64,000 nt of DNA from a virus. The stretch's first letter is position 1. Every line of letters begins with the position of its first letter. The notes under the pieces were generated by a model. The model searched no databases. It saw only the letters and a program-made list of their open reading frames with translations, and was not told where the DNA came from. Positions 57,342-64,000 of this stretch are shown here, in pieces. The stretch lies in IMG/VR virus record IMGVR_UViG_3300032163_000001, positions 46,249-110,248 of that record. One strand, 5' to 3'. The position numbers were made by a program, and so were the translations under genes.

Positions 57342-57605
57342 TTATCTTTTATTTTTTGATCCTCTAATATTTTCATTAATCAGTTTCTGTTTTTCTTTCT
57401 CTAAATCCGCTTTCCATTTTAGAAGAGAATAAAATCTAGTCACTGGCATATACATTACATCTAAATATCCTATCTTCATCAACTCCATGCAGTTAAAAAC
57501 ATTCTCCTGCAGTGTTTTTCTGTACGTCTCGATCTGATCATACAGAATATACCATCCGAAAAAAATTCTCAACCAGGTCAACCGAGATAACTTCTTCAAA
57601 ACCAC
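57342..57605 (-). CDS. hypothetical small protein
   Basis: 87-aa ORF. Confidence 0.3.
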   Translation of the reverse strand: MVLKKLSRLTWLRIFFGWYILYDQIETYRKTLQENVFNCMELMKIGYLDVMYMPVTRFYSLLKWKADLEKEKQKLINENIRGSKNKR

Positions 57606-58332
57606 AAGATGAACAGAAACTCTTCATTTTTAGTTCAACACCATATTTTCCAAAGTTGTCAATATATTCTTTGTTAATCTTTCTTTTATCTCTAGCAGGT
57701 AAAGTTTTGAAGCCTTCTAATATATCATACCTATCAGTGTAAATATTTGGTTTTGTTAGTTCTACAATATCCTCTTCAAATCTATCGACAATTAAAGTTT
57801 GTGTTACAGAATCTATATTAGTACCTTTTAAAGTAACTAAAGTCCTAAGTGCTTGTATCTCGTCTTCTAAAGTAGGTTGTTTAATGTATGCTATAATACT
57901 TTTTGATACAGGTAAAGTTACTTTAATTTTTTTAGTTAGAATGTCCTCTGATGGATAGGATTCAAAGTTAAACATATCAGATGCTTTAACTGTTATTGGA
58001 TACTCTTTTTTACAAGATCCACATCTAACATCATAATCTCGAATATCTTCATAAGTTATATGATATAATCCAAACAGAAGAGCATCTCGATCCTTTAAAG
58101 TAACTTGTTTCAAAAAAGTCTTAAAGTCAGTAATTGAATCTGGTTTTTTTACTATAGCATCAAAGATACACTTATCTAAATGTTCTGTAACTTTTACAGG
58201 AGTCATTAAACTCCCTTTCATATTTTCTTCTTCTTGTACGTTTAAACTCCTCACTGTAAATGAAAGGTGAGTTTGAGGTGTTACTACTTCATACTCTGGA
58301 TACTTAATATTGTTAAATCCGGTGAATGTCAT
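57538..58332 (-). CDS. hypothetical Zn-ribbon protein (structural cluster)
   Basis: CGSCKKE ... CSSCGFEE. Confidence 0.4.
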   Translation of the reverse strand: MTFTGFNNIKYPEYEVVTPQTHLSFTVRSLNVQEEENMKGSLMTPVKVTEHLDKCIFDAIVKKPDSITDFKTFLKQVTLKDRDALLFGLYHITYEDIRDYDVRCGSCKKEYPITVKASDMFNFESYPSEDILTKKIKVTLPVSKSIIAYIKQPTLEDEIQALRTLVTLKGTNIDSVTQTLIVDRFEEDIVELTKPNIYTDRYDILEGFKTLPARDKRKINKEYIDNFGKYGVELKMKSFCSSCGFEEVISVDLVENFFRMVYSV

Positions 58333-58369
58333 AAAATTATTGATCTCCTTTCTATTAGAATCTATTTCT

Positions 58370-59182
58370 TTACTTCAGACTTTTCATCTTCATTTCTAAT
58401 TTTCTAATTTTATTTTGTAAAGTTTTACTGCACTGTTCAGGGTTAGAAGAATTTGGACATGCACTAAGTCCTTGTTTAAGAGCTATTAATTGATCATTCA
58501 TAGCACCTAGTTTAAACTTTTTCATGCAAACGGTCTTTTCTTCACCCTGGAGTTTTGCACATGCTTTAGCCGCTGCACTAAATTTTGCTTGGTATAGTTT
58601 ATAGCCTGCAAATGCTGCTAAAGCAGCTAGTGTTGCAGCTGCAACAACTTGACCTTTTTTACTAGTTTTGAAGAAGTTAATAACTCTTTGAAAATTAGCT
58701 TTAGTTGGTAACATTGTCACTGATTTTATTTGTTTCTTTATAAGTTCTTTACCTTTACCAACATCTCTAAATTTCCATCTATCAACTTTAGCTTCAAGAA
58801 GAGCACTTGTATTCGGATTAGTTATTAAGAATTCAAGTATAGGATGAGCTGAAGATAAACCCTTGTCACTAACTGGACCAACTTTTAAAATCACAGTTTC
58901 AATAATTTTCTTATCTACATATTTAGATAAAATTGGTAAATCTTTTTTCAAAGTAGATCTAAATTCATCGAATAAGTTTGTTTCTTTTACTATATCATAT
59001 TTGTTTTCAGGAATACTTCCATTCAAGAAGAAATGCATAACTTCGTAATCTGTAGCTTGGTTAGTAAAATAGTTTTGTAAAGAAACTTTTTCTTCTTTAC
59101 TTAACTCACTAAGACTTGTAGCTTCCGACATCAAATTTCTGATAACTAGTAAAAATTGTATCGACTCATTTATAGAAAACAT
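58370..59182 (-). CDS. membrane protein, tandem paralogue 1 of 3
   Basis: N-terminus is conserved with the genes at 59205 and 60088. TM helix AAATLAALAAFAGY. C-terminal KACAKLQGEEKTVCMKKFK...SACPNSSNPEQC. Confidence 0.5.
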   Translation of the reverse strand: MFSINESIQFLLVIRNLMSEATSLSELSKEEKVSLQNYFTNQATDYEVMHFFLNGSIPENKYDIVKETNLFDEFRSTLKKDLPILSKYVDKKIIETVILKVGPVSDKGLSSAHPILEFLITNPNTSALLEAKVDRWKFRDVGKGKELIKKQIKSVTMLPTKANFQRVINFFKTSKKGQVVAAATLAALAAFAGYKLYQAKFSAAAKACAKLQGEEKTVCMKKFKLGAMNDQLIALKQGLSACPNSSNPEQCSKTLQNKIRKLEMKMKSLK

Positions 59183-59204
59183 AGTCTTTCTCCTCTAATT
59201 AAAC

Positions 59205-60014
59205 TTATACTTTTTTAGATAGGTTTGAAATCTTATCTCCTAATTTTTTAATCTTTAACTCAATAGTCTTTTTACATTTTTCTGGATCTTGAGAAGAGTC
59301 ACATGCAGAAAGAGCCATTTTAAGAGAATCTAGCTGTTGTTTCGTAGCTTCTATTTTGAATTTTAACATGCAATTATTCTTTTCAGGCCCAGTAAAATTA
59401 TTGCATGCTTTAGCTGCTTTACTTAAGTAGTTTCTGTAAATTCGATAACTTGCAAAAGTAACTAAAGCAATAACTACAGCTGCTCCAGCATAGTGTACTC
59501 CTTTATTTGTCCTAAAGAAATTAATTGCTTGATTAATTGCACTCTTGTTAGCTCCATATTCCCTTTCAATTTTTTCCCAAGTATCTTTTAAATTTTTCAT
59601 AAATATTTGTTTAACTGAAGTATCTTGTTCATATAAGTTTATGCGATCATTATTTACTAGAAATTCTAGAACTGGAATGGTAGAAGACAAGCCTTTTCCA
59701 GAAAGTGGTTTAAATTCGTTTATAACAATCTCAATACTTTTTTTGTCAATATATTTAGATGCTAAAGAGAACTCTTCTTTTAGTTCAGAACAGAAATTAC
59801 TAAAAACTTTCCTTTCTTTTTGTATATTATATTTCTCTTGTGATAGATTTCCATGCACGATAAAATAGACTATTTCATAATCTGTAGCTTCGTTAAGAAA
59901 ATAATTTTTTAAGATAACTTTTTCATTATCATCAATATTACCAAAATCTAACACATCTGAAAGAGCTTCTCTTAAACTTAGTAAGAAAACTAGTGAATTG
60001 ATTGTAGAGGGCAT
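59205..60014 (-). CDS. membrane protein, tandem paralogue 2 of 3
   Basis: MPSTINSLVFLLSLREALSD... is the same architecture as paralogue 1. Confidence 0.5.
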   Translation of the reverse strand: MPSTINSLVFLLSLREALSDVLDFGNIDDNEKVILKNYFLNEATDYEIVYFIVHGNLSQEKYNIQKERKVFSNFCSELKEEFSLASKYIDKKSIEIVINEFKPLSGKGLSSTIPVLEFLVNNDRINLYEQDTSVKQIFMKNLKDTWEKIEREYGANKSAINQAINFFRTNKGVHYAGAAVVIALVTFASYRIYRNYLSKAAKACNNFTGPEKNNCMLKFKIEATKQQLDSLKMALSACDSSQDPEKCKKTIELKIKKLGDKISNLSKKV

Positions 60015-60087
60015 ATTATGTCTCCCTTAAAGTAATTCATCAAACTATATGAGGAACTACTAACTTAAATTATTCTTATTTGCAGAA

Positions 60088-61005
60088 TTACTTAGAAGCT
60101 TTTGCAATTTTAGTTGCTAAGCTTTTAATTTTACCTTCAAGAGCTTTTCTGCACTGATCTGGATCTTTAGAAGTTGGACATGCAGATAGACCTTGTCTAA
60201 GAGTTGCTAGTTGAGCATTCAGAGCATCAACTTTAAACTTTTTCACGCAAGCAGATTTTTCAGGACCCTGGAGTTTTACACATGCTTTAGCTGCTGGACT
60301 AAATTTCCTTTTATAAACTTGATAACCTGCAAAAGCCACCAGAGCAGCAATCATAGCAGCCCCAGCATATCTTCCTTTTTTAGATCTGAAGAAACCAACT
60401 AGAGGTCCAACTCCCCTAGTTGCAAGAATTCTAGCTTGTTTAGCAATTGAAACAGTTACTCCTGCAACTTTCTTGGCACCTGCAGCAGCCACCCCTGCAC
60501 CTTTTTTAGCTACAGTTGCAGCTTTTCCAGCAACTTTTCCAGCTGCTTTAGCAGCAGTCGCAACTTTTCCAGCTATTTTTTCTCTTTTTCTAACAACATC
60601 ACCATCATCATAGTCTTCTCTAAGAAGTTCAGCATATCCAGAATTCATTAAGAACTCGAGAACTGGAGTAGCAGAAGATAGTCCTTTTTCACTAATTGGA
60701 CCAACTTCATCTATGATATATTTGATACATGCAGGGTCAATATGTTTACATAAAGAAGCTGATTCTCTCCTTAAAACTCCTCGAAGAACATCAAATTCTT
60801 CTGCTTCTTTAATAGTATCGTATTTCTCTTTTGGGAAAGAACCTCTCAGGAAGAAATGGATTACTTCATAGTCAGTTGCTTCATCTATAAAGTAATTCTT
60901 TACAATAATTTTTTCCTCAGGTTTTAGATCAGTGATATCTGTAACTTCACTAAGTACCTTTCTTACATTTAACAAAAAAGCTAATGAGTCGAGTGTAGAA
61001 AACAT
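60088..61005 (-). CDS. membrane protein, tandem paralogue 3 of 3 (with inserted Ala/Lys/Gly-rich repeat)
   Basis: MFSTLDSLAFLLNVRKVLSE... plus an AGKVATAAKAAGKVAGKAATVAKKGAGVAAAGAKKVAG insert. Confidence 0.5.
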   Translation of the reverse strand: MFSTLDSLAFLLNVRKVLSEVTDITDLKPEEKIIVKNYFIDEATDYEVIHFFLRGSFPKEKYDTIKEAEEFDVLRGVLRRESASLCKHIDPACIKYIIDEVGPISEKGLSSATPVLEFLMNSGYAELLREDYDDGDVVRKREKIAGKVATAAKAAGKVAGKAATVAKKGAGVAAAGAKKVAGVTVSIAKQARILATRGVGPLVGFFRSKKGRYAGAAMIAALVAFAGYQVYKRKFSPAAKACVKLQGPEKSACVKKFKVDALNAQLATLRQGLSACPTSKDPDQCRKALEGKIKSLATKIAKASK

Positions 61006-61037
61006 GATTTACTTCCTCCCTTAAGTTTAAAATAATT

Positions 61038-61754
61038 TTAGCCTGTTGGCCTGTAACTTCGAACTGTTTCTTTAGCTGCCATAAATGAACTCACAAGAGA
61101 CTCACATCTTTCTTTAACCCATGGTTCATGCCATGCATAATCTACGTTAAATTCAACTTCTATGTCTAATCTTGCTACAGTTTCAACATCTCCGGTAAAT
61201 AAATCTTGTGGATCTTTTGCTGGGAAGATACCGTCGTAACATGCATAATATTCTACAGTTTTTGCATCAGGCGCTGTAGTCCAATAGTACATCATTCCAG
61301 CGTATTTGCCTTTGTTATATCCTTCTCCCTCTGAACCAGACTCTAAATCAGTAATACCTACTCTATAATCTCTGATCATTTTAACCCAACCATGAAGGAT
61401 ATCTAAAATAGGGGTATGACTAAATTCAATAAATTTTACTGTTACAGCATTGCCATAATCAATGTTTCCTGGCACAGCCCACTTTACTCCACCAAGACCA
61501 GTGAACTCTATTTTATTTAACATTCCTCCTGGAGGTGTAACTCCAGTGCAAGAAGCTGCTAAAATATTCTGCATTTCTCCAATGTTAGAGAGACCACTAG
61601 ATCCTTGAGATGCATAATAAGGTAATGCGGCAGGTAATCTGTCGAACCAAACAAAGAAAAATCCAGTGCTATAAGGCTCGGCTACTCCTGTGATCGTACC
61701 GCCAAATTTCCTAGTAAGAATATTTTCTGATAAAGATGCGAACGAATACTTCAT
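61038..61754 (-). CDS. hypothetical (likely structural) protein
   Basis: 238-aa ORF with RBS AAGGAGG. Confidence 0.4.
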   Translation of the reverse strand: MKYSFASLSENILTRKFGGTITGVAEPYSTGFFFVWFDRLPAALPYYASQGSSGLSNIGEMQNILAASCTGVTPPGGMLNKIEFTGLGGVKWAVPGNIDYGNAVTVKFIEFSHTPILDILHGWVKMIRDYRVGITDLESGSEGEGYNKGKYAGMMYYWTTAPDAKTVEYYACYDGIFPAKDPQDLFTGDVETVARLDIEVEFNVDYAWHEPWVKERCESLVSSFMAAKETVRSYRPTG

Positions 61755-61840
61755 CTCAGTTAACCTCCTTAGAACTGTACGTTAAATACAGTTTGTTTCT
61801 TTTTTATTTGTTCTAAAACCATAGATGAATAAGTTTAACT

Positions 61841-62062
61841 TTATGAATTTTCAAATAATTTATCAAGATACTTGTCTAAATTAAAACTTTCGCCTTTGTG
61901 ATGGATTTTCCCTATTACAGTTTTGCCACCTTTTTTTCCTTTTTTCCTAACCACAGCCACATGAAAGTATGTGTCAGGATGACCTTTAGGATGGATAGTC
62001 CTATATCTTATCGCGCCACCACGTTTTCTAATTTCTTTCTTTGTCTTATCATTTTCGGGCAT
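61841..62062 (-). CDS. small basic protein
   Basis: 73 aa, Lys/Arg/Gly-rich. Confidence 0.35.
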   Translation of the reverse strand: MPENDKTKKEIRKRGGAIRYRTIHPKGHPDTYFHVAVVRKKGKKGGKTVIGKIHHKGESFNLDKYLDKLFENS

Positions 62063-62079
62063 TCTTTTCTCCTACTAAT

Positions 62080-62595
62080 TTAAAAGATTTTTAGTTGTTC
62101 AAGTATATGCAATGTATCTGGCCAAGTAGAAAATCTAATACCTCTATCATCGATATAACACAAAGCAAACATTTTTTCGGCGCTGATTCTATCAAACGGA
62201 ACTCCATATTTATCTAACCACTTTCGAACCATTTCTTCATTTATTTTATATGTATCAGGATTTGTTTCCTTAGAGACTCGACTTGTAAAGATAACTAGTT
62301 CAAATCCTAGATTTTTTAAGAAAGACATCCCTTCTTTACAGCCTTCTGTAGGTCCATCATATAGAGAACCGTCATGAAATCCTTTTGAATAAGTATGAAT
62401 CGTGCCATCGAAGTCGATCATGATACGCCGAGGGACCTCCAACTCCTCAGTTACTACACTCCGACCTTTTGAACTCTTAACCAAAGGTTTCCCAACATGA
62501 GGTGATTCGTACGGAGTAATTCCTGTAGCAACCGAAGTAGTAACTTGCTCTAGTTCTTCTTGAATCTTCAAAAGATACTGATCAATTATAGACAT
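62080..62595 (-). CDS. HAD-superfamily phosphatase (nucleotidase or polynucleotide 3'-phosphatase-like)
   Basis: IMIDFDGTIH (motif I DxDGT), VIFTSR (motif II), CYIDDR (motif IV). Confidence 0.55.
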   Translation of the reverse strand: MSIIDQYLLKIQEELEQVTTSVATGITPYESPHVGKPLVKSSKGRSVVTEELEVPRRIMIDFDGTIHTYSKGFHDGSLYDGPTEGCKEGMSFLKNLGFELVIFTSRVSKETNPDTYKINEEMVRKWLDKYGVPFDRISAEKMFALCYIDDRGIRFSTWPDTLHILEQLKIF

Positions 62596-62613
62596 AAGAC
62601 CTACCTACATTTT

Positions 62614-63345
62614 TTATTTGTTCTTCTCTCTAGATAGTTTTTGTTTCCTTTGTGCCCACGCAAGTTTGTTAGAATCTCTGTTTTTCTTTTTACTTTCTTC
62701 TGAATGCTTCTTTCCAAACATTCCATTCTTTACTCCTAAAACTGCTTCACCTATCTTCTTTCTTACTTCCAGTCTTTTCGATGAGTTATTTTCTCCCGAA
62801 ACATTTGGTCTTTTCTTCCCTTTCCTTATTTCACTTAATTTCTTTCTATGTTCTTCAGACAAAGGCCCTGTATTCTTTCCTTTCATTGACTGACTTCTTT
62901 TTCTCTTATGTTCCTCAGATTGTGGTAAAAAATGTTTCCCTTTGTTAGATTCACCTATCTTCTTCTTATGTTCTTGAGATTTAGGTTTCTTTAGTTTCTC
63001 TTTTACTCCTGGTTTATTCATAGCCTCTTTCGTCCTTCGACTTATTTCGCTTTTAACTAGTTTAGATGGATTTACACCTTCTCCTCCATATGTTAAATTA
63101 TATCCATTTGGATAAACAGAGTTAAAATATGAAATCCAATAAATTTCTTTTTCATTCAAAATTTCTTTATCTACACCTATATCTATAAATGAAATATCAA
63201 AAGATTGAATACCATACTTTCTAAGTACATTTGAAATATAAGATTTCTCTGTTAAATGTTGTTTAACTCTATATTCTAACGTAAATTTAGTTTGTCCAAT
63301 ATAAGACTTCCCGTTAACTTTATTAGTAATCTTATAAATTATCAT
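62614..63345 (-). CDS. GIY-YIG homing endonuclease
   Basis: MIIYKITNKVNGKSYIGQTKFTLEYRVKQHL. C-terminal basic NUMOD-like repeats. Confidence 0.75.
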   Translation of the reverse strand: MIIYKITNKVNGKSYIGQTKFTLEYRVKQHLTEKSYISNVLRKYGIQSFDISFIDIGVDKEILNEKEIYWISYFNSVYPNGYNLTYGGEGVNPSKLVKSEISRRTKEAMNKPGVKEKLKKPKSQEHKKKIGESNKGKHFLPQSEEHKRKRSQSMKGKNTGPLSEEHRKKLSEIRKGKKRPNVSGENNSSKRLEVRKKIGEAVLGVKNGMFGKKHSEESKKKNRDSNKLAWAQRKQKLSREKNK

Positions 63346-63361
63346 TTTTCTCTCTATTCTA

Positions 63362-63649
63362 CTAGTTCTTTATTTTACTAAAATCCTTATTCTTAATAAG
63401 AGTATCTGGACTAGATTCACTATCTCCAACGAATTCCATCTGATCTTTTGGTTGTATATTTCTACACATTTCATCCGAGACAACATCTTCAGAAGTTCCT
63501 TCTGCAGTCACAATATATAACAATGGAAACTGACAGTCAGACTCTTTAAAGTTTTTTCTCATTTTAGTTAAATCTTCTATTGTTTTATTTAACTCATACT
63601 CTTCTTCAAACATGACAGCAAAACCTACCGTTGTACTAAGAATTTTCAT
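63362..63649 (-). CDS. hypothetical protein
   Basis: 95-aa ORF. Confidence 0.35.
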   Translation of the reverse strand: MKILSTTVGFAVMFEEEYELNKTIEDLTKMRKNFKESDCQFPLLYIVTAEGTSEDVVSDEMCRNIQPKDQMEFVGDSESSPDTLIKNKDFSKIKN

Positions 63650-63675
63650 TTTAGACCTCCCAAATAGAGCGGTCT

Positions 63676-63882
63676 TTACTTTTTATAGATCTTCCAGTTT
63701 TTAAACCTTTTCTTACATTTAGTACAATATATTCTAGTTCCATCTGGTTGAGGACTCCAAATTAGTTTATCATCCCCAATGTTGTAACTTCCACTTCCAC
63801 ATTCTAAACACACAATTTTCCATGCAGTTTCGTATTCATTAAGTAAAGCCGTGTTTTTACGAAAAGAGTTAAAGAGACTCAC
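63676..63882 (-). CDS. Zn-ribbon small protein
   Basis: CLECG ... CTKCKKRF. Confidence 0.35.
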   Translation of the reverse strand: MSLFNSFRKNTALLNEYETAWKIVCLECGSGSYNIGDDKLIWSPQPDGTRIYCTKCKKRFKNWKIYKK

Positions 63883-64000
63883 TTTTGTTCCTTTAGTATT
63901 TGTTCTAAAACTTGGAAAAACACTGGTATTCGAACTAGTTACTATATATATTAATTACTGAATAGAGAGGACATTTATTTTGTATGAACAGAAAAAGGAG

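Noticed and set aside
1-64000. Prophage or integrative element boundaries, CRISPR array, rRNA
   Set aside because: No integrase, recombinase, att-like direct repeats, repeat-spacer arrays or rRNA-like conserved stretches were seen. Gene content (terminase, baseplate, RNAP, homing endonucleases) fits a contiguous lytic phage genome segment.

Overview
This AT-rich (~30% GC) window looks like a segment of a large virulent phage genome, probably from a Firmicutes host. Genes are tightly packed, most are preceded by AGGAGG-type ribosome-binding sites, and I found no integrase, transposase, rRNA or CRISPR array. It has two convergent transcription blocks: plus strand from 1 to about 49410, and minus strand from 49407 to 63882. 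Recognisable content in order: a partial DExH helicase; an SbcD/SbcC (Mre11/Rad50-like) nuclease pair; an Rnl2-type RNA ligase with an N-terminal OB domain; a radical-SAM enzyme; a compact multisubunit RNA polymerase with beta'-like (NADFDGD) and beta-like (GNRHGNKG) genes in beta'-then-beta order; a tRNA-like structured RNA; an SPFH/band-7 protein plus a PspA/IM30 homologue; a FolE2-type GTP cyclohydrolase; a terminase large subunit; a tape-measure-like protein with a peptidase M15 domain; and, on the minus strand, baseplate genes (gp25-like). Homing endonucleases are unusually dense, at least 11 from three families (GIY-YIG, HNH, Vsr-like/EDxHD-type), with signs of N-terminal module shuffling. 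The highlight is a phage-encoded ubiquitin-like conjugation gene set at 16955-21175. In order it has a JAMM/JAB peptidase, a ThiF-type E1, a ThiS/MoaD-like Ubl ending in a C-terminal Gly and carrying a Rho-N-like N-domain, a second and apparently degenerate E1-like protein, and a UBC-like E2 (HPN...C motif). A GIY-YIG homing endonuclease is inserted inside it, and a 925-aa protein of unknown function sits immediately upstream. All calls come from reading the sequence and motifs by eye; no database search was run.
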